A DNA stretch of 64,000 nucleotides. Origin: Phoronis australis. Taxonomy: Eukaryota; Animalia; Phoronida. Numbering within the stretch: the first letter of the stretch is position 1; each line of letters begins with the position of its first letter. The notes below the pieces were generated by a model that saw nothing but the letters and a program-made list of their open reading frames with translations, did no database searches and was not told the DNA's origin. The stretch spans positions 62,001 to 126,000 of the forward strand of contig NMRA01000587.1 of the NCBI GenBank assembly GCA_002633005.1. Reading direction: 5' to 3'. The translations under genes and the position numbers were made by a program. Below are positions 1 to 14,700 of this stretch, one piece after another.

Positions 1-573
1 GAAATATGATTTTTAACTTTGTACCAATCTCCTATTGATTGAGTCATGTTAAATTTAGGAAAAAACGAAGGTCCATTGATAGTGTATTTATACCGAATTT
101 TTGCTGCCTCCTTATCCAAACCATTTGGCGATATCTTGCGAAGTCTTGCGCGATCTTCCTGTACTAGCGATTTCCTTTACGGAGAGAGGCTTGGTGCCTA
201 AAAATACCTGTCGAAATGTCTGTAGCCACGTGCACAACTAAAACCACTGTCCTGGAACAATTAGTGGGTCATTTTTATTAGGCTTACTGCCACCGGTATC
301 GTTAAAATCCACTCCATATGGCGCAGGCTTCGAAACTTCACAGGTGTATCTTTAGGCCCGTTCAAGCGAGTGATTTTTCGACATCTTTTCCGTGAAATTT
401 TCAAACGTCTGGGCAAAACTAATAATTCTGCAATTTTTGCATTCAAGAGAAAAAATCAAGAATCTTAAAAAAATTGCAAAATGCTGCTTAAAAAGCTCGC
501 ATAAACCTCTATGTTCTCTTACTAGACTCCTTTGCTGACACTTTAAACGCGTCGCTTACGGCAAAGATGGAGC

Positions 574-3500
574 TCAGTTTATTTCCTGTTTCGTCACGGA
601 AATGCCATACGGTCGCAGACGGTACAGGTAAAACTCGTATGCATACATTTCTTGTGCTGTGATGTAGTGGAAGGAAATGGCATAGTCGCTGATAGCTGAC
701 AGTCCCTGAAATGACGTGTACATTTGAAGACACTTCAAGCACATGAACTTCGAGTTTGCAAATACGAAGCGACCTCATAATCTGGGGTTGTATTTGATTC
801 GATAAATGTTGCTGACAAAATAAAAGGATACCGAACCCAGTTTTGTCCTACTAACAGATATTAAAAAACGACATTCCCATGTAATTCCCTGAAACAAAGT
901 GATGCTTAATAAAACTCAACAATTCTCAAAAGTTTTTAGGAAAATCTGATCTCCTTTCGAAGTCTGTAAAATTGGCAAGCGTGATCTACGCTTATAGCGA
1001 ATTGCAAGAAAACTAAGACACCTGGTGGAGAAAGGTCACTCACCAAGAACCATGACACCCAATCTGTGACATAGGGAGTATAAATGCATAGTTGAGTCCT
1101 GTTTTTATCTTTCAATATTGCCGCCAATGAGTCATTAACACGTGACAGTCCGAGAATTGGCTGAAATCGTCAAAACAGGGTTTAGTATCCTTTTAAGTAA
1201 AGGAGTGTTCTTTTATTAGTTAGACAAGATCCTTATCAATCACGTCTGTTCGTTTGAATTCATCATGCTGGTATGAGCACGCGGCCACGTGTCCAGACAG
1301 GTACGGATACTGGCAGGGGTTCAAAGCAGAAAATATCATGACCTTCATCAAAGATCAGAAGCAGCAAGATTGAATTTTATCTGAATATAACACGACTCTC
1401 CTTTCACTCTCAGTTCTCAAAATAGTTTATGAAGACCAAAAAATTAGGTCGTAAATTCGTTTGATAAAAGGATAATCGTTTGTGTTTTTACCACGGTGCA
1501 ATAACTGCACAATACGAACTTGTAAATAAATCGTTGGTCCAATGTTGACTTTAAACTTTGTTCTTTTACTACTGTTAAAACAGTTAAAAAAACTAAAATA
1601 TTTGAGTCACCAATTGATCACTCTATCATGACAATTTAAATTTATCATTATGGTGCGATGACAAAAACGTCCTCTCATAGGAAATTCATAGCTTCTAGAA
1701 CTTTACAGCTCGTCAAAAGGCCTAGCACTGGATTTGAAAGACTCGGGTGAGGCTTGTGGTTGAAACTGACCCTTAACTTCGGACAAAAAATTATAAAATT
1801 GGGAAAACAACAAAAAATCGGGCAGCAGAGTATCCAATGGAAATACAAGCGAAATATATCTAAAAGGGGAGTTAATTCAGTGGCGACCGTGAGCGGATTT
1901 GATGGCGAAACTGGTAATGACCGGGAGGGGTGAAATTGGTCTCGACCAGGGGTACGGTTGGTGAACGGCGGAAGTGAGATTGGTGGCGACTGACTGAGGA
2001 AAACTGATGGCCTTATATTATGATGATGACTTTTTGGAGTTTAATTTCTTAGTATTCACAAGTTACTGCTGTTATTCATTAATTAATATTATCTTTTACC
2101 CAGTTTATGCATACAGTGCGTGTTACACAGGCATTGTTTATCGGTGTAACGTCATTTGTATCCGTCGTATTCTCTTCTAGAGGGTCATAACAAAAATATA
2201 TCAGGCGTGCATTCAGTAACGCTAGGACTTACACTAGGACCTAGCTAAGATCTACCCAAAGTCACGTGTTCTCATTTAAAATAAACGACAATATCTCACG
2301 TAATCTCGCGAAGTCTTGCTTTTTAGCGTTGTCGTAGCGTTACTGAACGGGAGGCAGATCTTCTAAGTTAATGGAGATTACAATGTCTTACCTTAGCCCC
2401 TTTATGCCTGTCACTTTTAAAGTACCAGGATGGATACTCTCCGGTAAGATGTGTTCCAGGATCAAATGAATGGAACCTTCTACGGCCAAGGGAATCTGAG
2501 GACTCTCCGGCTTTGATGCCTAAAAATGCAACCTTGACCTTGGCTGTCTGACCTTCACTGAGTCCCTCAAAGTGGATTAGCTTATTTACAAGTCCACGGA
2601 TTACATCTAAATTGTTTGTGTGTGTACTACCATCGTTCTCCCTCTACGTGAGCCTGAAGACACTTTTATCATGGAACGAGATCGAGACAACACTGCTGCA
2701 GCCATCGTTTGAAACGGGTAGAGCTGTATTTGAGAAATTTAAACTAGCTATTTGCGTAATGAAAACTCTAACTCCGTTTGATAAAAAGAATTTCTTTTGC
2801 CAAGAAAGGTGTTGTTCAAAATGTGCAAACGTTTTGCATCCCAACCGAAGATTTTCACTAATTTGCGTATAAAATCTCTCTGTGGCCAAACAAATACCCA
2901 TTAAAGGAGAAAATGCTAAAGCGTAACATACCTAATCCAAACATACATTTGCCAAATTCAGCGTCTTCGGCACCTCCATCGATTCTACAGATCTTATCCA
3001 CCCCGAAACCATCTTCTGCAAACCTTTTGAGTGCTTCTTTTCCAATGACATATCCTGCGCCACCACTGAAATAACCTCCTGGGACAATGCTGTCAAAATT
3101 GTGTCCGTAGTAGACCGGCTCCCAAGTGTTTTTGTTCGACAAGAAGTGTCGTAAATTTTCAAGTATGACGTAAGTGTCGTCGTCTGCTTTTAAAAACCAG
3201 TCTGCTTTATCAAAATAGTTGTCATAGCAATACTTGAAAGCTTGCATTGTTTTTCCTGTGAGATGGTTGCGTCCTTCTTTAACATCCAATGCTACGACCG
3301 AATACGTTCGGTTCTCTACGGCTGATACGGCGAAAAAATAGTTGCAACGTTTTCCCCACGTCATTTTAATATGGCGAACTCTAGTATCGAAATGATCCGG
3401 ATGGCTCATAATCCAACACACAATTCTAACTTTTTTATACAAATTGGCAGCTGCCTCATCGTTATCTGAAATTGAATAAAAATACTTTTAAATCCGTAAT

Positions 3501-4441
3501 CTCATCAAGAACGGTTACCACACTTCTATAGTGAAGAAATAAATCACACATGTTCAGTTTTGCAAGGAATTTTTGCAGTAACAAGCAAAATGTGCGGATC
3601 GTATTTTTATGATGATTTCATAATTAACTTTTGAATATTCCACAAATTTAAGCCCTAAACTCATGATGCGACGTGCTTGAAAAAGGCATATGGATGTCTC
3701 AACAGTGGTGAAGAACAAAGTATCACGGGGAAAACGTTTTTGAGTTACGTAACTGCTCACCAAAGTCATGTTTTCATTTGTATATGGAGTATTTTGAAAA
3801 ATTGATAAAAACCGGCCATTTCCTACATTCCGTGATCCAAACATTTCTCGTGGTTTCAAATGAGGACCTACACCGAACAATGGTTGATCGCGTTCGACTA
3901 TTGACACAATGGATTAAAATGGACACAATGGGCCAAACTGATCGGAACGCGTTTATCGTGAAGTAAGATACCGCACAATCAGTTTCGAAGTAATGAAATA
4001 CCGGGTGAAAAACTGGTGCTAAGACATTTTCTCATCGCCACCTGGAAACATTACTTAGTGCAAGCCTTCCATGAGCTATTCAAACGTGAATTATTGAGGA
4101 GGACTTTACACCAGACATTGTGGATTTCACCATGTACAAAATATCTATATCTATATCTATGAACTGTTGACGACTGTCGTGCGATGTTGCCTTGATTGAA
4201 ACTTACAGCGCTGACCATGATCGAAATCAAATTTGTATTCTTTCGGAGACCCCTTCCCCTGTTCATAGCGCCTGACTCTCTGCTTCACTTCGTCGCGAGA
4301 GAGCTGTAACCGTGCCTTGTCTAATACTGTCTTGAGTGGCGACGAGCTACTCTTTGGAGTTCTCCTGATTCGAGAAAACAGAATTGCAGCCAGGAATCCC
4401 AGCACGAGGTAGTTAATTCCCATTCGAGTTAACCTCCACAT
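574..4441 (-). CDS. C1GALT1: Core 1 beta-1,3-galactosyltransferase (T-synthase)-like, GT31; 4 coding exons, 342 aa
   Basis: Exons (minus) 4441-4207, 3465-2932, 2519-2392, 705-574, all GT-AG with consistent phases (1,1,0), total 1029 nt ending in TGA. N-terminal signal-anchor (YLVLGFLAAILF), KVRIVCWIMS, TWGKRCN, DWFLKADDDTY (DxD motif), GYFSGGAGYV, AEDAEFGKC, SDYAISFHY and LYRLRPYG are typical C1GALT1 motifs. True orthologue versus invertebrate paralogue cannot be resolved here. Confidence 0.93.
824..1192. mobile_element. Non-autonomous DNA transposon (MITE), Kolobok-like termini, in C1GALT1 intron 3
   Basis: Left AAGGATACCGAACCCAGTTTTG; right CAAAACAGGGTTTAGTATCCTT (reverse complement AAGGATACTAAACCCTGTTTTG). 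Flanks ATAA and TTAA resemble a TTAA target duplication. Superfamily assignment is inferred from termini. Confidence 0.7.
2204..2355. mobile_element. ~150 bp MITE-like repeat (second copy at 45609-45750)
   Basis: Subterminal inverted repeats TTCAGTAACGCTA...TAGCGTTACTGAA. Near-identical full-length copy at 45609-45750 and a 5' fragment near 30073. Confidence 0.8.
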
Positions 4442-5402
4442 AATGTATGGTAATAATACAAAACATCAATAGGACGGATGATAACAGTCCTACATACTTT
4501 CTATTTACGTTCAAGCGTCTGACATTCCTCGACAGATGTTTTGTACAAAACAGCAATAAACGACAGTTAATTATGAGACCAATAGGCGTAAGAGGGTCGA
4601 AATGCGAAGTTTCACGTTGTTAAAGAGTCCTGGAACGCGATAAATAAACTAATTTGCACTACTGAAAGTAGTACTCTGCCACTGAAACATAATTCAACCC
4701 GCTCACCAGGTATTTCTAGGGTTTGTTGGTAAAGATTTTTGATTTCTGTTGATATCAAAGCATTTTTCAGTTTCATTTGAAAAAACGATCTGTCAACTGC
4801 TCGCCACTTTATCAATTTTCTCCTACAAGTCAAAGCACGTCTCCTTATTTGGAATGACAAGACATAGGCGTAGTACATTTCTCTTATAAGGAAAATGTGA
4901 CTTCTGACCTCAAGCGCATTTAAGAAACTGACTGTGAGCGCATTTATCATACATGTAAGTGGGAGGGAGGTTCGCGCATATTTCAAAAATCGTGAATTTT
5001 GTGATTTTGTCTGGAAATTTTATCACAGGGGAAAGTGAATATCTCTGTACTAGACTTTGCGGAACTGTACTTTCCTCAGGTATTGATCAAAAGTTATTTT
5101 GACAAGATCTCGCGTTCCATGCCTCCTTCACTCACGTCGCTGCTGCGAGCTATCATAAAAAAGCCAAGAAATTTATGATAATGCTCAGGAACTGTTTTCG
5201 TGTTGAGATTGTTGAATGACTTAACGATTTCTTGCCGTGAAGCAATCATTGAACGGTACATATGTATTTTAAATACCACATATCACTCTCTGATTTCGAC
5301 AAATTGTGAATTTATTAACTCACCAGCGGTCAACATTGTGGCCCCATATCAAAAAGCAATACAGGCCTGAAAACCAACATATTCACCGAGTGTGAAAGTC
5401 CA

Positions 5403-5652
5403 TGGGCCTGTTCCATGAAAAGTGACTTAGCTAAGACAAATCTTAAATTGCAGTAAATTCTAAGATAATATTAAAATTTGTTTCAAGTCGATTTCAAGAA
5501 ATAGGTCTTAACTTTGCCTTTTGTTTTCTGGTGTAAATTTTGTCTTAATTCTGATTAACTTTCAAGATGTGAAAGTTTCAAACTTTGTCGATTGAGAAAA
5601 ATCGTAGACTTAAGTAAAAATGAGTTTAAGTCACTTTCATAGAACGAGCCCC
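5403..5652. mobile_element. MITE with GGG-starting terminal inverted repeats (Harbinger-like)
   Basis: Left GGGCCTGTTCCATGAAAAGTGACTTA; reverse complement of right end GGGGCTCGTTCTATGAAAGTGACTTA. Target duplication is not clear. Confidence 0.6.
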
Positions 5653-6856
5653 TGAATTGTATAACATTACTCGGCCACTGATACGTATGTCCTCTGATTG
5701 GCTAAAACCTCAGTTATGAGGTAATTATGGCCCAGCTTATCGTGGATTGTCCGGAACGCAGTCTACATGTATGTACACTAGTATTTAGAACTAGAAATAC
5801 TAGACTTAAAACAGATGTTGATGTTTCTAAATGACCAATCGTAATAGCGAGACAACTCTTGTGTATAAAATAACAGGAGTGATAACCTACCAACAAAAGC
5901 TATTAGATGTTTTACTGGCACGAATTTCTTTACAAAATAATGATTAACTGACACGTAAGTGTTACACATCTCTTCTTAATTCGTCTGCCCGAAAACTTAA
6001 CTGCGACATTGGACTTTAGAAAACATGATGCAAACCAAGTATTCTTTAAAAACTGCGAGTAAAATTAGTTTTCATTCTACAACTGAGCGCGCGAAAATGT
6101 TGATAAATGAAGAACATCGGTCTATTTCTTAACGTTGTTTAGTTTTCAGATATTCCTTTCTTATCATATCGGATGTGTGCAAATACCATGTGTCCAAGTT
6201 TCCCTCCCTCCATGGACATACTGATTATTTAAGCAATATTTTGACACATTTGCTGAAAATCACTCCACAACATTATATAAGGTGCAGGAAGAAGATGTTA
6301 ATGAGTACGATTAAAATACAATAGAGCTTGTTTCTTATAAACAACATGAGCAGCTGAAACTCTATAGTGTATCAACCATTCTGAGATTGAGGACAAGTTG
6401 GTCCTATGTAGTCTGGGACACACTAAAGCAACTTCCAATCGAAGTACTTTTATTTTAAAAACCACTTCATTTTTTGAAAATTCAAAAAAACATTAGCACA
6501 AAGAATGTTTTGAGACCCAGGTCTTATGTCATACACAATTCCATGAGATATTTTTTGTAAACACAATGTCCGCAAGTAGATCACTTCTCCAATCCGATGA
6601 TATTGAAAATCAACGGTTATTTTCCCTGAGTTGCACACACCTGTTGCATCTGGGTGACTGATTCTTTAATAACCAGCAACGCAGGTGCATCAGTCAATTA
6701 GGCCGCGTGTAATTGAAATCTTTTGACATTTAAAAAATTACTTATTTCACACAAATAAGGTATTTTCATCGTAGTCAAGGCGTTAACATTTGTCTAGATT
6801 TTGACGTCAGCTTCCCAACCAGCAATAACTGAGAATGAACTGATGAACTGATAAAA

Positions 6857-6920
6857 TAACAACAACAACAACAACGATAACGACAACAACAGTAACAATA
6901 ACACTAATAATAATTATGGT
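6857..6920. repeat. (AAC)n/(AAT)n degenerate microsatellite
   Basis: aacaacaacaacaacaacgataacgacaacaac...aataataat. Confidence 0.8.
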
Positions 6921-8737
6921 GATAAGAAAATAGTGAAGATAAAACTTCAACCAGTAGATAGAAAATTAAAATATAAATCCAATGTGCAAAGAAGGATATT
7001 GTCGTTATCAACAGCAGTAAAAGAACTTTAATTATGAATAATAAAATTCGAAATGTAACTTTACCAATCGCGGTAAAATCATTTTTGTGCTGCCATACAT
7101 GTCCATTGCCTTAAAAGTATATCAAGAGAAAATAAACATCGCTAACACCAAATAATTATTTCCAGTTAACAAAAGGTTCCGCCATGTTCTATTAGTGATT
7201 GTGTGTCACACAAACAACGATCATTATATCATTTTCTCTATCCGGCGAAACACAGGCAATGACTTGCCGCCTTCACCCATCAAAGCGACGGATGGGACAT
7301 TTTCTTTCATTCCAAAATCATTTTCCGCAAGTTCAGATGCATTGTATATTTGTAGAATGTAAACTGCGATTGCCCTTTCGTTTGTTTCCGCTGCGACATA
7401 AACTTTCGACTCCAGCATTACATCCATAATCCTATCAGGAACTCCCCTCAACTCTAGTTTAAAAGAAAATGTCAACACAAAATCGCACTTGTCTTGAGAC
7501 TCTGTTTGGCCAACCACGTGAAATGGTCTTTCTCTCTGAAAAATGTGTTTGTTGCTCAAGGAAAATTCTGTCGAGAATGAAAATTTCGTTGTCACACCAT
7601 AGGAGGCGCTGGATGGCAAGTACATGAACAATATCAGGGCGGTGGAATCTGATCAATGAGACCAATTTAAAGCTGCAATAAACCAAAGTTCCGTGCAAGA
7701 AGAGAACTTTCGATCTAGGCCACTTGGCGCTATAAAATGGTCTCACTAGTTGCTTGCTCAGACGAGGAGTGTTTGCAAAGAACCGCCTGCGCGCTATTTG
7801 TTGAGCACTGCCGCGAGCAGTTCGTTAAACTACACGCCGTGACAAGAGAGTCTGATCAGATATAAGAACAAATTGCCAGTTCTTTCGAAGGCTTGAAATT
7901 ACCTCAAGTTTGGCTAGGGAAGAAGTCATTTGAGTCCAATTTCATAACCTAAATTGGTGTAAATCAAAGGTTACTTTTTGTGGTGAAAGCCGGTTTGGTA
8001 GTCATTTTAATTTAACAGGTGGACTTTCTCAGATAAACGGGAACAAAGCTATCGACTTTCTAGAGGAATTTTGTGATCCAACTGCAAACAAGTAACCATT
8101 TATTCCATGGATCTTTGGATTATATGTTAAGCCCCTCTGAACATACATGTATATTGGCCCTAGCATTCAATACATGTCGGATCCTAATTAGGCCGTACTG
8201 CTTCTGATGAAATCTCAAACAGTTTTCAACTAACTCATTTTAGGTATTTTTAAGCTATCAATTTTTCTTTTATTCCATCAATGCCTACACCTCGTTCGAG
8301 CCCCCCGAACCCTCCCCTGGGTACGCGCATTTTCCACCACGGCTAATAACCAACCGTCATGATCGCGAATCACTTCTATTCCGAGTAAGCGACGAAAAGA
8401 AACAAGTTGAGACCATTTTGAGAACGGTGAATGACCTAAAATCAAAGATATTTTTGACGGAATTTTGATTCACATCAATTTCAATAATGCATCTGATCTC
8501 AAATTGGCCCTTTCACACTAGAATTAAATCCTGGTCCCGGGGAGAACGGACACGCCAGCACTTCAGTTTGAGATACTCGTCATTCTTATACGCCGAAATC
8601 GATATTGCCGGAAATAGGCCGCTAACGTTATGACCGAACGCCAGGCAGAACTGCATTCAATCAGCTCGTAATTCGGGACTTGGATGTTTTAGATTCCTTT
8701 CATTTAATGTTCTAAAGATCAAGCAACATTTTTACAG

Positions 8738-11700
8738 ACTCTAGGGCCTCCAGAAGAAGCACGCCAGCCGCGACCATTCGACCAAATACCTGGACCCAAA
8801 GGTCTCCCATTGATTGGATCTTTATGGGACTATATCAAGAAAGATGGATTTACGTTTGATAAACTTTTTGAGGTTTGTCCTTTTATAAAAGTAAATGTTC
8901 TCCCACTGTCCGTGAAGACTTTTGTGATTCAAAGAAATTATTGATTTAAAGTAATACGTGTAGCGCCACCTAGCTGGCTGACAGAATCTAGTGTCAGGAT
9001 AAGCTGTAATGGATACTGTCGTTACCATGGATTAAATTTCTGAAATAAAGTTTTAATTAATGATTGTAGAGCCCACAACTGTATATTTTTAAACTATTTG
9101 TTGATTCCAGAATTTTGTTACGAACAAAAAATAATGTTCAGGTATTCGTACTCATGTGTGCGTTTCATCTAAAATCTTTACTTTTCACGGGGACTGTCGT
9201 AATTTCCGAAAACATGATTTTTTCTTATCAGACATGCAAATTCTGTTTCCTTTCTATTCTTAAAATAACTTTAATATCATGTCTGGAATTTTCTTTCATA
9301 AAAGGCTTTCCATTCCGAGAACTCCGCTGTCAAAGAAGAAAATGGCAATCTTCTCGAAAAAATTGTGATTTTTGACAACTGAGTTCCTGAGCTAAAAAAA
9401 CTTTAAATTGACGGAACTACTTTTGTGGCTAACAGAATAAAGAAACATAGTATGCAAGTTTCACGAGAATTTTTTTTTTTGAAATTTCAGCAATCGATGT
9501 GAAAAATGTAGATTACAAAAGAGGAGTCAAACATGATTGCCAACATCTGGCATACAGCTTCCTCTGTCTATAATCAATACTTAAAAAGTTTGTTTAAGAC
9601 ATTTTAAATTTCATAACTGAGGCAACCAATTAAGAACGTTGTTTAACGAACGCAACGTGAGATGATGTGACGTCATTGATGCTATACATTTACAGGACAT
9701 AACATGTAGTCCTAACGTTTAAAGGAGCCTAATCGGTTTTACAGCCGAAAAACGCATCTTCGGATTTATAATTGGACTTAATAGAGTTCTTGAATTTATT
9801 AGCTTTTGTCAGAGCTGTGAAACATTAAAATATATTGTGTTTTGTGATTTCATTACAAATGGCCCACTCTCGCCGAGGTCTGCCAGCCATTTGCTGAAAC
9901 AAGCCTTGTGACTTTACCAGTTGTAACTAACGCTAAAATACTGTGCCAATTATCGAGTGGGGATTTTCTTCACCAGCTGGGTTTTAAAGTGCAACTACTG
10001 GGGCTGTGCTTTCGAATGCGCCGTGGGACTAATATGAAACAACATCTCTTGCGCGGATAATTTCACTTTACGCAACCTGGCTCTGGGTCAGGGGTCTAAC
10101 TTTTGTACTCGAAATTATCTTTGACATTTTGCATTCTACCTGTATATTTTGTGTGAATTACCCTGTGCTTGAGTAGATTACGGTTATGGTGCAACTTTTG
10201 TAAATACATCTATATACTTTGTGTACTATAAAGTATTTTAAATACATTCTTAATGTTAACTTTAAAGAATATCTGATTACTGTACTTAGTGTTACGGCAG
10301 GGTCAAATGTTTTGAAAAGAAACTTGTACTGCCTGGGGAAAGAATACCGCAGCCGCACACCTTGCCTACTAAAATCTGACAGTGACTGTTCTGTTTGAAG
10401 CTTTGAACACGGCCTTTTCAAAAAGTACTCCTGTCTCTTGTGATGAACACTAATGTTCACTCTTAGGAGTATCTATTTTCCTCGGCATTTCTCACCGTAG
10501 CTGCTACCGGCTAGTAACGGCTAGTTTAGTTATACTTGACATAGGAGCGAGAAACCAATCGGTTGGATAATGTTTAGCAGACCAGCAGAAGACTGCATAC
10601 CCGACTGAAGTCCTCGACTTCACATGCAGGCTCTTAAACATTTCCTTTAAAAACACCTGTTGTCTCGCCACACCCAGTGTTTTTTTACATCAATTTAACT
10701 GTAATAATAAATTCCTGTTTTATTGCATGCGCAACAAGTTAAAATATACGTTTCAGCACCAGGTGATGATTTGCTACTTGACATACTGACCCGAGTGACG
10801 ACCGCAAGATGGACATTCTTAGCAAAGCGTTGCTGTTCTAATTGGAGTCGGCTGGGCGACCTGTCGACGACCGGTCGGACATCAGTTCGTGTCATATGCT
10901 GTAGATAAGCCCATAGGCGTGTATTCGGAAAATGAAAAATATCAAGGATTTTACCAACGCCAAAATAAACGCCTGGGCGTTTATTCGCAAAAGGGGGCGT
11001 GTTAACGGAAAGTCATAGTTTTAGCTACACATGGACTGAATACACGTAGGCCTAGATTAAGAGGTTTTCTGACTTTGCCATTTTTTACTTAAACTATGTT
11101 GTCATGCTTATAAATGCATAATTCGCCAACACTTTGTTCGTTTTTATACATGATAAATGCTACTCAAAACTGAATCTGTGACTAAAATTTAGCGCTGAGT
11201 GGGGTTTTAAAAGGAAATTTTCCGAATAAACGCCCCACTATCTGGACACTTGACACACCATACAAACACCCATAATTTTCTTATGAAACGCCCATCGAGT
11301 GAGCTTATCCACGGAAAATCCCGGTTGCACATAGTTTAGATCGACCTACACGTACAGTGATAACTTACTTGGCATTTTGAGTGTAACATGAAGTTTAAAA
11401 AGTTAACGTGTTCTTTAAACTATACACGCAGGCTTACATTTCGAGGGCCAAGCAATATGGCGTGATTTATCGCGAGAAGATCGGCGTGTACACTAACGTT
11501 GTGATCAACGACCCGGAGGAGTACAAGAAAGTAGTCTACAGTGACGCCAAGACACGGTGTCCGCTGCGCCAGAACCTCGAGCCAATGTCTTACTACAGGA
11601 AACAAAAGGGAATACCTCTGGGTCTAGTCAATTCGTACGTACCATTGAAATGTTGTGCTGTGATAGGTCGTCACCATTTTATTGTTACTTGTCCAAATTG

Positions 11701-14700
11701 AAACCAAAATCTTCATTAAAAAGATTTCAATTGGATTCCGAGATTGCACAGCGACACCTAAACCTCGCGGTATTGTCCCACAATACTGCAACATCAGTCG
11801 ATCAGTTACCTGGCCTCGTTTTTGCGCCATTGGCGCTTTTAGTATTAGTTGGTGCCTGTTTTTTATTTTTTTCTCTGCTGCATTAACTTCATTTACAGTT
11901 TTACAGCTGTGCTATGGGGTTCACCTCCGATGGCAAAAATTTGGATAAACTTGAGAAGTATCCATGGATGCCATACTTTCCGACATGATACCTAGAATCA
12001 GCTCGACATTTCTAAACTGAGGCCAATGTAACACTACTTCCGTAACTAACAAAGAATATGTTTCTGTCCGGGTCTTTCCTATTGGAATAGCAATTGAAGC
12101 CCATACGCATGCATATGCATCTAACGTTCACTGGCAGGTGACTGGTCTAGACAGTGTTAGTTTAACCGTTACTACATTTAACGCCAGTGTTGGTTACGGC
12201 AAACTTAAAACGTGACTATTTGAATATCACGGCTCATGGTTTACAACCGCTACATGTTGAGTCCGTAAGCACTGTAAATCTGCAAATAATTCAAACACTG
12301 TGTCTGTTCACCCTCAGACACGGCGAGGACTGGTATAAACTTAGAACAGTTCTGAGCAAGAAAATGTTGTCTCCGAGAGATGTCGCCAGCTACTGTGGCT
12401 CCATGAACACCATAGGTAACGACCTCGTCCGTAGACTCGTGCGTCAACGTCGGGCCGAGGACGGGGAGGTGCCAGGACTCGAACTGGAGTTGTTTAAATG
12501 GTCAATGGAATGTAAGCACTTCTGACATTCTCATGGAATGACTCCTGAAATTTGATCACGACTATTTGATACAGCACAATTTTGTGTATAGAAACCCGTA
12601 GACATTTGTTTAAAATTTTATTGAGAGAGGTTAAGGTATTGTAACCATTATGTTGAATCGCCTCGTTTTTAACTAAAAAGTCGAAATTTGGATCAAATCA
12701 ACATTGAGTCATACAGCTTAAAATCTTCGTTTTTGGCGTCTTTGTTGGTTGTTTTTTTTTCTAATATATTTACGTGCTTGTCCACAAAATATGTGCAATT
12801 CTCATGTGACGACTGTAGTTTTTCTTCGTTATTGGCGAAACTACAAATTGTGGCAACAGAGAATTACGTTATTTTGTCCTCCGGTGGTCTGCACGTACCG
12901 TCTCAATTTGTTGACAGTTTGTGATCTAGTAGCACTCAATACAACTTGAAGAATAATCTATAGGTGGCACTCCTGATTCTGGTGAACCTTTCTCTAGCCA
13001 ATGGCGTCGTTCTGTTTGACCATCGCATCGGTTGCCTTGACGACAATCCACCGGAAGAAGCCCTCGATTTCATCAAGAACTTGCTCACCTTCTTCTCATG
13101 CATGCAGGACCTCATGTTTCACCTACCGCTATACAAACTGTACGCCACTCCTACCTGGCGAGAGTTCGAGAAAAGTTCTGATAGAATAATGGCAATTGGA
13201 AAGACATTCGTCGATCGCGTAAGTATTTCCCGTTCATAAGCTAGAATTACAAATCTGTAAAACGCCGAGGGGTAGGTGGCGCGCACATAACGGAAGCCTT
13301 GTTTCTATCACCTGTTCTGGGAGTTTCTCAACGTAGCAGCAGCTTCAGCAGCGGCGGCGGTGCCTGCGGCAGCAGCAGTGACATCATCACTAGTAGCGTT
13401 GGTAGTGGTATTGGGTGTTATTTCAACACACACCGTAGGCTACACAAACTAACCCAAGGGAGAGAATACACGTAACCACGTGGTTCCATCATCATTAAAA
13501 TGTCTACACACTTAGAGGTTTATTTGCTCAGCTAACGGAAATAAACATACAGTGTTTCATCTAAAGTCATCTACATGTACTTGTGTATCAACATTACTTG
13601 TCACAGAAAATCCACAGCCTCTTCTCCAACAAAGAGCCCAGAGTTAGCGAGGACAACCAACAGAAAAATCAAACTGTTCTGGAATATTTGTTGGGCAACG
13701 AGACCTTGACACCTGAAGAAGCAGTTGACAGCGTAGTGGATCTACTAATTGGCTCTCTGGAGACAGTGAGTATTTGTAACGTTTGGAGGGTTCAGTACAG
13801 GGAAGCGTTTTATGGGAAAAGGTTATTCCACGTGAAATAAAATACATTTGCATAATACAGTGTTTAAAATGGTTTTTATTTTTAATGGGATAAGAGTGAT
13901 ACGTACGACGCCGAAAATAATGGTGTTTAGAAACATTGTTTTGCTAATGATGGTGATGTTCGTTGTGATGGAGGAGATGACGTAGATGGTGATGGTGCGG
14001 ATGATGATAATGTTGGTGTTGATGACGGTTGCTGTGGTGGTGGTGATGGTTGTGACGATGACAAGGGTTGTTATGGCGGTGGAGACGATGACAAAGATGA
14101 TGCTTATAATGAAGGCCTTGATCCGTATTATAATAATGGAAACGACAGTGATGATCAAGACGGCGTATGATGATGACGATGAAGTTGAAATCGAGTCATA
14201 TGGAAAATAACTAACTAAAATAATATGCCTACTAACTGAAAATATGTTGTTCACTATTTATTGATTTCTAGACATCAAACACTGTTTTATGGACTCTCTA
14301 CTGCCTGGCACGAAATGCCGACGCTCAGTCTGAGCTTTTCAAGGAGCTACAAAGTGTGCTGTCATCTGCTGAAGAGATAACATCCGCCCATTTAGGACAG
14401 ATGCGGTATCTCAAAGCCTGTTTGAAGGAAACTTTCAGGTGGGGAACCAAACAAAACAACGCGGAATTTCAAACCAACCAAACATAAGTCCGAAGTCCAT
14501 TTCTGAAGAGCAACTCGAACTGTTAGGTCTATTTCACTGACAAAACAGTGCATACTGTACCAGTACGACGTCCGTATGGTTGTAGTAGGAGACCAGGACT
14601 GCGTTCCGTAGACATACGGCACTCAGGATCTTACCAGTGCACAATGGCGACCACTGGAGTGATTGGTTCGTCACTGCAAGTGCTCTGCGTTTACGAACGC

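Noticed and set aside
7199-7746. ORFs of 76-135 aa between C1GALT1 and the CYP
   Set aside because: No recognisable motifs, no supporting splice structure, and lengths within chance expectation.
13823-14254. Low-complexity ORFs at 13823-14254, 13986-14210, 16388-16933 and 51433-51645
   Set aside because: Translations of microsatellite or low-complexity intronic tracts.
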